64,000 nucleotides of DNA from Ranitomeya imitator (lineage: Eukaryota): contig NC_091283.1 in the NCBI RefSeq assembly GCF_032444005.1, forward strand, positions 29,450,001-29,514,000. The letters run 5' to 3'. Each line of letters opens with the position of its first letter. The stretch's first letter is position 1. The notes beneath the pieces were generated by a model. It saw nothing but the letters and a program-made list of their open reading frames with translations, was not told where the DNA came from and searched no databases. Made by a program: the position numbers and the translations under genes. Positions 24,555 to 37,420 of the stretch are shown piece after piece.

Positions 24555-26950
24555 GCGGTAAAGAGAAAGATCTGCCTACTAGATGGTGCAGCGGCGGTAA
24601 AGAGAAAGCTCTGCCTACTAGATGGTGCAGCGGCGGTGTTGCAAAAGCTCTGCCCACTAGACGGGGCAGCAGCGGTGTTGAGAAAGCTCTGCCCACTAGA
24701 CGGGGCAGCAGCAGTGTTGAGAAAGCTCTGCCCACAAGACGATGCAGAGAAAGCTCTGCCATCTAGAGGGCGCAGCAGTGGTGCGGAGGAAGCTCTTCCC
24801 ACTAGGCGATGGTGCGAAGGAAGCTCTGTCCATTAATCGGGCAGCAGAGGTGCGGATGAAGCTCTGCCCATTAGTCGGGCAGCAGAGGTGCGGATGAAGC
24901 TTTGCCCATTAGTCGGGCAGCAGAGGTGCAGGTGAAGCTCTGCCCATTAGTCAGGGCAGCAGAGGAGTGGATGAAGCTGTGCCCATTAGTCGGGCAGCAG
25001 AGGTGCGGATGAAGCTCTGCCCATTAGTCGGGCAGCAGAGGTGCGGATGAAGCTGTGCCCATTAGTCGGGCAGCAGAGGTGCGGATGAAGCTCTGCCCAT
25101 TAGGCGGGACTGCAGAGGTGCGGATGAAGCTCTGCCCATTAGTCGGGACTGCAGAGGTGCGGATGAAGCTCTGCCCATTAGGCGGGACTGCAGAGGTGCG
25201 GATGAAGCTCTGCCCATTAGTCGGGCAGCAGAGGTGCGGATGAAGCTCTGCCCATTAGTCGGGCAGCAGAGGTGCGGATGAAGCTCTGCCCATTAGTCGG
25301 GCAGCAGAGGTGCGGATGAAGCTCTGCCCATTAGTCGGGGCAGCAGAGGAGTGGATGAAGCTGTGCCCATTAGTCGGGCAACAGAGGTGCGGATGAAGCT
25401 CTGCCCATTAGTTGGGGCAGCAGAGGTGCGGATGAAGCTCTGCCCATTAGTCGGGCAGCAGAGGTGCGGATGAAGCTCTGCCCATTAGTCGGGCAGCAGA
25501 GGTGCGGATGAAGCTCTGCCCATTAGTCGGGGCAGCAGAGGAGTGGATGAAGCTGTGCCCATTAGTCGGGCAACAGAGGTGCGGATGAAGCTCTGCCCAT
25601 TAGTTGGGGCAGCAGAGGTGCGGATGAAGCTCTGCCCATTAGGCGGGACTGCAGAGGTGCGGATGAAGCTCTGCCCATTAGTGGGGCAGCAGAGGTACGG
25701 ATGAAGCTCTGCCCATTAGTCGGGGCAGCAGAGGTACGGATGAAGCTCTGCCCATTAGTCGGGGCAGCAGAGGTGCGGATGAAGCTCTGCCCATTAGGCG
25801 GGACTGCAGAGGTGCGGATGAAGCTCTGCCCATTAGTCGGGGCAGCAGAGGTGCGGATGAAGCTCTGCCCATTACTTGGGGCAGCAGAGGTTAGGATGAA
25901 GCTCTGCCCATTAGTCGGGGCAGCAGAGGTACGGATGAAGCTCTGCCCATTAGTCGAGCAGCAGAGGTGCGGATGAAGCTCTGCCCATTAGTCGGGGCAG
26001 CAGAGGTGCGGATGAAGCTCTGCCCATTAGGCGGGACTGCAGAGGTGCGGATGAAGCTGTGCCCATTATTCGGGGCAGCAGAGGTGCGGATGAAGCTCTG
26101 CCCATTAGGCGGGACTGCAGAGGTGAGGATGAAGCTCTGCCCATTAGTCGGGCAGCAGAGGTGCAGATGAAGCTCTGCCCATTAGTCGGGCAGCAGAGGT
26201 TAGGATGAAGCTCTGCCCATTAGTCGGGGCAGCAGAGGTGAGGATGAAGCTCTGCCCATTAGTCGGGCAGCAGAGATGCGGATGAAGCTCTGCCCATTAG
26301 TCGGGGCAGCAGAGGTGAGGATGAAGCTCTGCCCATTAGTCGGGGCAGCAGAGGTGCGGATGAAGCTCTGCCCAAAAGTCGGGCAGCAGAGATGCGGATG
26401 AAGCTCTGCCCATTAGTCGGGGCAGCAGAGGTGAGGATGAAGCTCTGCCCATTAGTTGGGAAGCAGAGGTGCGGATGAAGCTCTGCCCATTAGTCGGGGC
26501 AGCAGAGGTGAGGATGAAGCTCTGCCCATTAGGCGGGACTGCAGAGGTGCGGATGAAACTCTGCCCATTAGTCGGGGCAGCAGAGGTTAGGATGAAGCTC
26601 TGCCCATTAGTTGGGGGAGCAGAGGTGCGGATGAAGCTCTGCCCATTAGTCGGGCAGCAGAGGTGCGGATGAAGCTCTGCCCATTAGTTGGGGCAGCAGA
26701 GATGCGGATGAAGCTCTGCCCATTAGGCGGGACTGCAGAGGTGCGGATGAAGCTCTGCCCATTAGTCGGGCAGCAGAGATGCGGATGAAGCTCTGCCCAT
26801 TAGGCGGGACTGCAGAGGTGCGGATGAAGCTCTGCCCATTAGTCGGGGCAGCAGAGGTTAGGATGAAGCTCTGCCCATTAGTTGGGGGAGCAGAGGTGCG
26901 GATGAAGCTCTGCCCATTAGTCGGGGCAGCAGAGGTGCGGATGAATCTCT
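24555..26950. repeat. 38/39-bp minisatellite (gatgaagctctgcccattagtcgg[g]gcagcagaggtgcg)n in PSMB8 intron 5
   Basis: Direct tandem array; each unit contains the inverted pair ctgccc...gggcag; units are more degenerate at the 5' edge. Confidence 0.97.
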
Positions 26951-27794
26951 GCACATTAGGCGGGCAATGGCTGCACGATTTTGAAACAAAATTGTGTAGC
27001 AAAAGGCCATCACAGTGGAAGGTGTTTCTGTTGATTCTACGCTTAAAGGGACTTTCTTCTCTTCATTTACAGTTAAAATAGTTGTGCTAAGTATGAAGTT
27101 ATCCACTATACAAGGAACTTCCTGGTTGTTGGGGGTCCAGATACTGGGACCCCCATTGATTCTGAGAATGCTGTGCTTGGATATTTCCGTCAGTCTCATA
27201 GTGAAAGAATGGAGCAGGGGTGCGCACACTCAACCTCCGCTACATTTACACCTAATTCTTAAGAGCCACAGTCATGGGATCGATGGGGGTCATACTTACC
27301 AGAGTAATGCACCCCCTCGCTCCAGAGCTGCCGCTGTGACGGTCTACCACTCGCGCCCACCACTGACCTTCCCGCGGAGGCCACTGATTGGCTGCAGGGT
27401 AAGGTAACTGGTGTCTGAGATGTCACTATTTCCTGTCTGTCCGGCGGAGACCATCAGAGTGCCAGCGTCGGAGCAGACCGGTAAGTACGGCTTCTTTATC
27501 TCTTTTACAAGCATGGCTTCCCTCTGTTAACTTTATAAAGAGAGCAAACCCCTTTTATTAATTTCATGACATCGATTAAACGTTTGCCTGGTCTGTGTCT
27601 CCTCAGTGTACCACATGAAGGAGGACGGATGGGTGAAAGTCGGGCAGTACGATGTCAGCGACCTGCTGTACGAGTACAAGGAGGAGAAGAAGTGACGGCA
27701 GAGACTGAGCCCAGCGACGAAGACTCCATTATCGTCTCCAACATTTCTCCATTTTTCGTTATCACAACAAACCTGCGAATGTCAATCCCCCAAA

Positions 27795-27800
27795 AATAAA
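27795..27800 (+). terminator. PSMB8 polyadenylation signal AATAAA
   Basis: First AATAAA, 100 nt after the TGA. Confidence 0.65.
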
Positions 27801-27816
27801 GGAGTTTCTCTAACAT

Positions 27817-27830
27817 TTTATTGTTTTATT
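27817..27830 (-). terminator. TAP1 polyadenylation signals (AATAAA x2 on the minus strand)
   Basis: tttatt at 27817-27822 and 27825-27830; the first canonical signals I found downstream of the TAP1 stop at 28478. Confidence 0.55.
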
Positions 27831-28477
27831 ACTTTTTATGTCTGTTTCATTATTATTACAATGCTAACAATATATTAAAATATGACAAGAAGCAAATATA
27901 AAGATAAAGGTTTTTTTTTTTTTGCAAAACTACATAAATGACAAAAGTGCAGGTAGATGAGCCTTATAAGTGGAATATCTGGCTGCCATTTTCACATTTG
28001 CTGTTGGTGAATGAGGACGCTGGTACGATCGTATCCGGTCTACACAATGCTCTGCGAGCTCAACATCCCGGACTCCAGTCTGATACATGGGAACAAATGA
28101 GCAGAGAATTGTGTGCCGCTCACAGAGCATCGAGTCCACTTCTCGGCTGAGGGTAGGATTAGCAATGGACGGGTACAGCCTCTGAATGTAGTTCTCCTTC
28201 ACTGACAGCAAGCACATCTGCATTGTGTGAACACGGAAAATACTGGTTGGGATGTATTGTAAAGTCACTAGGTAGCAAAACAACATAAAGTTTATGGCTA
28301 CACAGCGCAAAGCAGGGACCTAAGACTGTTTCTGCTGACTGATGTGTCACAATGCAAAAAAACATTTGCTATCAATAACCATATGATCTGATCTCACACG
28401 TCCTCGAGTGGCTGTGTGCAGCGGGTCACACACGCGATGGACACTGAACGGGACACGGCACGAGCGTGGCCTCCTGG

Positions 28478-31400
28478 TCATTCCTTGGTGTCTCCGTTCT
28501 CCCGGTGGAAAGTGCTGTGCTGCTTCTTCCAGAGTCTCCAGTAGACGCCCTCCTGGGCCAGTAAATGTTCATGTCTGCCGGACTCTCTGATCTGACCTCC
28601 TTCCAGAACCAGAATGTGGTCGGCTTTCTCCACGACGTTCAGGCGGTGGGATATCAGCAGTACCGTACGTTTGTTTGGGTTGTCATAAATGGTTCTTTGT
28701 ATCTGGACAGAAAAGTCACAGCACAGAATTACATAAGGACAGTCCGCGCCTCCTCACAGGGGAACACATGAGTGAAAATCTGCTGTACAAAAGCATAGAT
28801 GGAGAATCGAGCAGCACCAGAGGGGACCAGGATGGGTGCGATTCCCACACCAGTCTATTATGTATGTGTGAGTAACAATGAGATAATCGCTGATCGTCGC
28901 GCCTTCCAGCTATTTGGTGCGGCTACTAGTTACAGTCTCCTCGTGGCCAGCATGGCTACTCAGCGTCAGGTCACACGCTCCCTCCATCAAAGCTGAGTGG
29001 GTGTTACGGCAGTGAGGAGACCCTGTCTAGTCCCCACTGCAGCATCGTCACAGAGATAACTACAAGGAGCGGCGCACAGCAATCTGTAAGTCACTTTTCT
29101 CATTCATACATTCATTCATATTTTCATGGAAAACCAGTAATGTATGGAACATGTCGTATGGCGCAATGCTCAGCGGCACAACTGGGGAAACGCTGTGAAC
29201 ATTGCAGCATTATCCTATCGGTTTACTCACCTTGAGTTCACTTTCAGAGTCCAGGGAGCTGCTGACATCATCCAGTATAAGGACCTTGGGATCCCTCACC
29301 AGGGCCCGCGCTAACGCCACTCTTTGTTTCTGACCCCCAGACAAAAGGGCGCCTTTTTGTCCAGCACCTAAAATACAGCACATGACTATTATCTCCACAC
29401 ACGAGTCATTCATTTATTGCTGCGAGAATACAAGACCGTCCTTCAGAGTGTGCAAAGCGCGCAGCCGCACAGAGAACATCAGCCACACAGAGAACATCAG
29501 CCACACAGAGAACATCAGCCACACAGAGAACATCAGCCGTACAGAGAACATCAGCCGCACAGAGAACATCAGCCGTACAGAGCACATCAGCCACAGAGAG
29601 AACATCAGCCACGCAGAGCACATCAGCCACACAGAGCACATCAGCCACACAGAGCACATCAGCCGTACAGGGAACATCAGCCGTACAGAGAACATCAGCC
29701 ATACAGAGAACATCAGCCAAATAAGACACATCAGCCACACAGAGAACATCAGCCACACAGAGAACATCAGCCACAGAGAGAACATCAGCCACACAGAGAA
29801 CATCAGCCGTACAGAGAACATCAGCCAAATAAGACACATCAGCCACACAGAGAACATCAGCCACACAGAGAACATCAGCCACACAGAGCACATCAGCCGT
29901 ACAGAGAACATCAGCCGTACAGAGAACATCAGCCGCACAGAGAACATCAGCCACAGAGAGAACATCAGCCACACAGAGCACATCAGCCACACAGAGCACA
30001 TCAGCCGTACAGAGCACATCAGCCGCACAGAGAACATCAGCCATACAGAGAACATCAGCCAAATAAGACACATCAGCCACACAGAGAACATCAGCCACGC
30101 AGAGCACATCAGCCGCACAGAGCACATCAGCCGAGCAGAGCACATCAGCCGCACAGAGAATATCAGCCACGCTGAGCACATCAGCCACGCAGAGAACATC
30201 AGCCGCACAGAGAACATCAGCCACGCAGAGCACATCAGCCACGCAGAGCACATCAACCGCACAGAGAACATCAGCCGCACAGAGCACATCAGCCACGCAG
30301 AGTACATCAGCCGCACAGAGAACATCAGCCACGCTGAGCACATCAGCCACGCAGAGAACATCAGCCACACAGAGAACATCAGCCACGCAGAGAACATCAG
30401 CCGCACAGAGAACATCAGTCACGCAGAGCACATCAACCGCACAGAGAACATAGGCCGCAGAGAGAACATCAACCACACAGAGAACATCAGCCGCACAGAG
30501 AACATCAGCCGCACAGAGCACATCAGCCACGCAGAGCACATCAACCGCACAGAGAACATCAGCCACACAGAGAACATCAGCCACACAGAGAACACCAGCA
30601 GTACAGAGCACATCAGCCAAGTAAGACACATCAGCCACACAGAGAACATCAGCCAAATAATACACATCAGCCGCACAGAGAACATCAGGAGCACAGAGAA
30701 CATCAGCCATACAAAGAAATCAGCCGCACAGAACACATCAGTCGTTCCTATGTGACCCCTATATGACCACCATGCATTGTAATGCAGACTGTATAGCGGT
30801 ATTATTCACATACCGTATAGAACTATTATTATATGGAGCAGTTTCGGTCACTGCAGGTATCTGAGCACTGTATGGGGGAATAGACACTGTATATCTCCTG
30901 TGCTGTACAATATATTATTCCTGCAATGTATGGTGGTGGCGGCACTATAGAGTTTATATATAGTTGAGGCATTTTCCTCACATTGTTATTATGCTCATGT
31001 ATGGCACTAGTATGTAGGCACTAAACATTACACCAAATAGGGTAATAACAGAAACTACAACCCAGGGCAGAATGTAATAACCCTTGTGTGACCAGACGCT
31101 TCCATCACGCCTCGTATATCATCTGTCCTACACCCACCTGTCTTGTACCCGTCCACCATGGTGGAAATAAAATCATGTGCGTTTGCTGCGGCTGCCGCGT
31201 TCTCCACGGACGACTGAGAAACGTGTCCCAAACCGTAAGAGATATTGTCATCTAATGGCCGGGCAGTGAGGACGGGCTCCTGACTCACCACGGACACCTG
31301 CAATGAAGGAAGCGAGGTAGGACAGAGGACAGTGACCACGTGAGACGCCACCAGCGGCACATGATGATGATGATGGAGTCCGCTTCCAGTCTCACTGCTC

Positions 31401-32146
31401 TGGGCTTCATGGTGTGATGAAGTCGAAAGCAATAATTCTGCATGAGCAAAGTCTGCTCAACGCAGCGGCCACCATGGTTTTCCATCACTGCATTTGGCAC
31501 TGATGTGCAGTAGTGTGACCTTACATTTATGGCTATGGTGAACGTTGTGCACCGGGCATCACATCATATTTATTGGACGGTCATCATGATTTCTGCACCA
31601 TGTTATCGAGACAATGCAGGTTTCTCATTTATTTTTCTTTAGATTTTTTTATATACTTTTTCCCCAATTTTCAGGCTTATCGTAAAAAGAAAAATAAATA
31701 AAAAATATTCATTGTTCATTTTAAGCAATTTTTCCAGAGCAGATTTATGAAAACTAACGTTTCATACGTTTCATACTCCAGTCGATAAAAAAAAATCTTT
31801 GCATTAGTATTCTGAGCTATATTTATTTCATAATTTGTATAATTGTTCTGCTGTCCTAAAATCAGAAGATGAAATCTAGGACTATTTGCACCATTTTGTG
31901 GCCTTAGGCTGGCCTCACACTCAGCGTATGAAAATATGGTCCGTATATTACGGCCGTAATACGCTGAAAAGTCCCGAAAATAGTGGTCCGTAGCTCCTCC
32001 ATAGGCAGGGTGTGTCACCGTTTTTTGCGCATGGCATCCTCCGTATGTAATCCGTATGGCATCCGTACTGCGTGTTTTTATCGCAGGCTTGCAAAACCGA
32101 CATACGGCTATACAAGGGATCCATGTGTAAAAAAAAAACATATATA

Positions 32147-32186
<40 letters not shown>

Positions 32187-35100
32187 TTAGGTCCATATAT
32201 ATTTGGACAGAGACAACATTTTTCTAATTTTGGTTATAGACATTACCACAATGAATTTTAAACAAAACAATTCAGATGCAGTTGAAGTTCAGACTTTCAG
32301 CTTTCATTTGAGGGTATCCACATTAAAATTGGATGAAGGGTTTAGGAGCTTCAGCTCCTTAACATGTGCCACCCTATTTTTAAAGGGACCAAAAGTACTT
32401 GGACAATTGACTCCAAGGCTATTTCATGGACAGGTGTGGGCAATCCATTCACTATGTCATTCTCAATAAAGCAGATAAAAGGCCTGGAGTTGATTTGCGG
32501 TGTGGTGCTTGCATTTGGAAGGTTTTGCTGTGAAGTAAACTTGCGGTCAAAGGAGCTCTCCATGCAGATGAAACAAGCCATCCTTAAGCTGCGAAAACAG
32601 AAAAAACCCATCTGAGAAATTGCTAAAATATTAGGAGTGGCAAAATCTACAGTTTGGTACATCCTGAGAAAGAAAGCAAGCACTGGTGAACTCATCAATG
32701 CAAGAAGACCTGGGCGCCCACGGAAGACAACAGTGGTGGATGATCACAGAATAATCTCCATGGTGAAGAGAAACCCCTTCACAACAGCCAACCAAGTGAC
32801 CAACACTCTCCAGGAGGTCGGCGTATCAATATCCAAATCTACCATAAAGAGAAGACTGCATGAAAGTAAATACAGAGGGTTCACTGCACGGTGCAAGCCA
32901 CTCATAAGCATCAAGAATAAAAAGGCTAGACTGGACTTTGCTAAAAACATCTAAAAAAGTCAGCACAGTTCTGGAATAACATTCTTTGGACAGATGAAAC
33001 CAAGATCAACCTCTACCAGAATGATGGAAAGAGAAAAGTATGGCGTAGGCGTGGTACAGCTCATGATCCAAAGCATACCACATCATCTGTAAACCACGGC
33101 GGAGGCAGTGTGATGGCTTGGGCATGCATGGCTGCCAGTGGCACTGGGTCACTAGTGTTTATTGATGATGTGACACAGGACAGAAGCAGCCGAATGAATT
33201 CTGAGGTATTCAGAGACATACTGTGTGTTCAGATCCAGCCAAATGCAGCCAAACTGATTGGTCGTCGTTTCATACTACAGATGGACAATGACCCAAAACA
33301 TAAAGCCAAAGCAACCCAGGAGTTTATTAAAGCAAAGAAGTGGAATATTCTTGAATGGCCAAGTCAGTCACCTGATCTCAACCCAATTGAGCATGCATTT
33401 CACTTGTTAAAGACTAAACTTCAGACAGAAAGGCCACAAACAAACAGCAACTGAAAACCACCGCAGTGAAGGCCTGGCAGAGCACCAAAAAGGAGGAAAC
33501 ACAGCGTCTGGTGATGTCCATGAGTTCAAGACTTCAGGCAGTCATTGCCAACAAAGGGTTTTCAACCAAGTACTAAAAATGAACATTTTATTTAAAATTA
33601 TTGAATCTGTCCAATTACTTTTGGTCCCTTTAAAAACAGGGTGGCACATGTTAAGGAGCTGAAACTCCTAAACCCTTCATCCAATTTTAATGTGGATACC
33701 CTCAAATGAAAGCTGAAAGTCTGAACTTCAACTGCACCTGAATTGTTTTGTTTGAAATTCATTGTGGTAATGTCTATAACCAAAATTAGAAAATTGTTGT
33801 CTCTGTCCAAATATATATGGACCTAACTGTATATAATGTCAGTAGACACATATACAGTGGGGCAAAAAAGTATTTAGTCAGTCAGCAATAGTGTAAGTTC
33901 CACCACTTAAAAAGATGAGAGGCGTCTGTAATTTACATCATAGGTAGACCTCAACTATGGGAGACAAACTGAGAAAAAAAAAATCCAGAAAATCACATTG
34001 TCTGTTTTTTTAACATTTTATTTGCATATTATGGTGGAAAATAAGTATTTGGTCAGAAACAAAATTTCATCTCAATACTTTGTAATATATCCTTTGTTGG
34101 CAATGACAGAGGTCAAACGTTTTCTGTAAGTCTTCACAAGGTTGCCACACACTGTTGTTGGTATGTTGGCCCATTCCTCCATGCAGATCTCCTCTAGAGC
34201 AGTGATGTTTTTGGCTTTTCGCTTTGCAACACGGACTTTCAACTCCCTCCAAAGGTTTTCTATAGGGTTGAGATCTGGAGACTGGCTAGGCCACTCCAGG
34301 ACCTTGAAATGCTTCTTACGAAGCCACTCCTTCGTTGCCCTGGCGGTGTGCTTTGGATCATTGTCATGTTGAAAGACCCAGCCATGTTTCATTTTCAATG
34401 CCCTTGCTGATGGAAGGAGGTTTGCACTCAAAATCTCACGATACATGGCCCCATTCATTCTTTCATGTACCCGGATCAGTCGTCCTGGCCCCTTTGCAGA
34501 GAAACAGCCCCAAAGCATGATGTTTCCACCACCATGCTTTACAGTAGGTATGGTGTTTGATGGATGCAACTCAGTATTCTTTTTCCTCCAAACACGACAA
34601 GTTGTGTTTCTACCAAACAGTTCCAGTTTGGTTTCATCAGACCATAGGACATTCTCCCAAAACTCCTCTGGATCATCCAAATGCTCTCTAGCAAACTTCA
34701 GACGGGCCCGGACATGTACTGGCTTAAGCAGTTGGACACGTCTGGCACTGCAGGATCTGAGTCCATGGTGGCGTAGTGTGTTACTTATGGTAGGCCTTGT
34801 TACATTGGTCCCAGCTCTCTGCCGTTCATTCACTAGGTCCCCCCGCGTGGTTCTGGGATTTTTGCTCACCGTTCTTGTGATCATTCTGACCCCACGGGGT
34901 GGGATTTTGCGTGGAGCCCCAGATCGAGGGAGATTATCAGTGGTCTTGTATGTCTTCCATTTTCTAATTATTGCTCCCACTGTTGATTTCTTCACTCCAA
35001 GCTGGTTGGCTATTGCAGATTCAGTCTTCCCAGCCTGGTGCAGGGCTACAATTTTGTTTCTGGTGTCCTTTGACAGCTCTTTGGTCTTCACCATAGTGGA

Positions 35101-37363
35101 GTTTGGAGTCAGACTGTTTGAGGGTGTGCACAGGTGTCTTTTTATACTGATAACAAGTTTAAACAGGTGCCATTACTACAGGTAATGAGTGGAGGAAAGA
35201 GGAGACTCTTAAAGAAGAAGTTACAGGTCTGTGAGAGCCAGAAATCTTGATTGTTTGTTTCTGACCAAATACTTATTTTCCACCATAATATGCAAAAAAA
35301 ATGATAAAAAAACAGACAATGTGATTTTCTGGATTTTTTTTTCTCAGTTTGTCTCCCATAGTTGAGGTCTACCTATGATGTAAATTACAGACGCCTCTCA
35401 TCTTTTTAAGTGGTGGAACTTGCACTATTGCTGACTGACTAAATACTTTTTTGCCCCACTGTATGTATATATATTAATATTTCATACAGCGCGATATAGC
35501 AGAAAGCCGGTAATTCAATTACTGGCTTTTGCTATCTCCTTCCTAAACCCGACATGATATGAGACCCGGTTTACATACAGTAAACCATCTCATATCCCCA
35601 TTTTTTTTTGCATATTCCACACTACTAATGTTAGTAGTGTGTATGTGCAAAATTTGGCCATTCTAGCTAGTAAATTAAGGGGTTAAATGGCGGAAAAAAT
35701 TGGCGTGGGCTCCCGCACAATTTTCTCCGCCAGAGTAGTAAAGCCAGTGACTGAGGGCAGATATTAATAGCCTGGAGAGGGTCCACGGTTATTGGTCCCC
35801 CCCTGGCTAAAAACACCTGCCCCCAGCCACCCCAGAAAAGGCACATCTGGAAGATGCGCCTATTCTGGCACTTGGCCACTCTCTTCCCATTCCCGTGTAG
35901 CGGTGGGATATGGGGTAATGAAGGGTTAATGCCACCTTGCTATTGTAAGGTGACATTAAGCCTAATTAATAATGGAGAGGCGTCAATTATGACACCTATC
36001 CATTATTAATCCAATACTAGTAAAGGGTTAAAAAAATACACAAACACAATATTATAAATTATTTTAATGAAATAAAAACAAAGGTTGTTGTAATATTTTA
36101 TTGAACGCCCAATCCAATGACTGAAGACCCTCTATCTGTAACAAAAAAACCATAATAAACCAACAATATACTTACCTTCCGCAGATCTTTAAAGTCCAAC
36201 GATGTAAATCCATCTGAAGGGGTTAAAATATTTTGCAGACACGAGCTCCGCTAATGCAACGTTGCTCATGTCTGCAAAACCCCAGGGAATGAAGGTAAAG
36301 TAGGTCAATGACCTATATTTAGCTTCATTTGCGGTGAGGCGCCCTCTGCTGGCTGTTCCTAGATCGTGGGAACTTTCCTAGAAAGCTCCCTGGCTCGAGA
36401 TCATAAGAGGGCGCCCTCTGCTGGTTGTCCTCATATGAACTCGAGCCAGGGAGCTTTCTAGGAAAGTTCCCACGATCTAGGAACAGCCAGCAAAGGGCGC
36501 CTCACCGCAAATGCAGGTAAATATAGGTCATTGACCTACTTTACCTTCATTCCCTGGGGTTTTGCAGACATGAGCAACGTTGCATTAGCAAAGCTCGTGT
36601 CTGCAAAATATTGTAACCCCTTCAGATGGATTTACATCGTTGGACTTAACAGATCTGCGGAAGGTAAGGATATTGTTGGTTTATTATGTTTTTTTTGTTA
36701 CAGAACGAGGGTCTTCAGTCATTGGATTGGGCGTTCAATAAAATATTACAACAACCTTTGTTTTTATTTCATTAAAATAATTTTTAATAATGTGTTTGTG
36801 TATTTTTTTAACCCTTTACTAGTATTGGATTAATAATGGATAGGTGTCATAATTGACGCCTCTCCATTATTAATCTGGCTTAATGTCACCTTACAATAGC
36901 AAGGTGGCATTAACCCTTCATTACCCCATATCCCACCGCTACACGGGAATGGGAAGAGAGTGGCCAAGTGCCAGAATAGGCGCATCTTCCAGATGTGCCT
37001 TTTCTGGGGTGGCTGGGGGCAGGTGTTTTTAGCCAGGGGGGCCAATAATCATGGACCCTCTCCAGGCTATTAATATCTGCCCTCAGTCACTGGCTTTACT
37101 ACTCTGGCGGAGAAAATTGTGCGGGAGCCCACGCCAATTTTTTCCGCCATTTAACCCCTTAAGTTACTAGCTAGAACGGCCAAATTTTGCATATACACAC
37201 TACTAACATTAGTAGTGTGGAATATGCCAAAAAAAAAATGGTGATATGAGATGGTTTACTGTATGTAAACCAGGTCTCATATCATGTCGGGTTTTAGGAA
37301 GGAGGAAGCAAAAGCCGGCAATTGAATTACCAGCTTTAAAGCTATCTAGCGCTGGAAGAAATA

Positions 37364-37420
<57 letters not shown>

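Larger units (their letters stand above)
17128..27695 (+). pseudogene. PSMB8: Immunoproteasome beta5i (LMP7), probably non-functional copy; exons 2-6
   Basis: Exons 17128-17271, 17388-17499 (112), 19726-19855 (130), 24103-24307 (205), 27607-27695 (89, TGA), matching PSMB8 sizes. Translation [28 protein letters not shown] / [37 protein letters not shown] / [11 protein letters not shown]... / GPGLYYVD...SGGVVN / MYHMKEDGW. Exon 2 is 144 nt with a frameshift at gaaGGGtggat (17158-17160). Substitutions T1S, G47R, A49V. Gene identity is near certain; pseudogene status is less so (~0.7). Confidence 0.88.

Noticed and set aside
22611-27081. Repetitive ORFs (RTHHRSSSSV..., MKLCPLVGAAEVR...)
   Set aside because: Translations of the 38- and 38/39-bp intronic minisatellites.
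17128-27695. Identity as PSMB5 or thymoproteasome PSMB11
   Set aside because: Exon sizes 112/130/205/89 and the [11 protein letters not shown] motif match PSMB8. PSMB5 has three exons and MAGGAADCSFWER, and PSMB11 is intronless.
29382-30755. 457-, 434-, 333- and 252-aa ORFs on both strands
   Set aside because: All are translations of an 18-bp intronic minisatellite whose unit lacks stops in several frames; they lie in TAP1 intron 9.
34445-35185. 246-aa plus-strand ORF, and similarly 21867-22514 and 21390-21842 on the minus strand
   Set aside because: Antisense shadows of the Tc1 transposase and CR1 ORF2.
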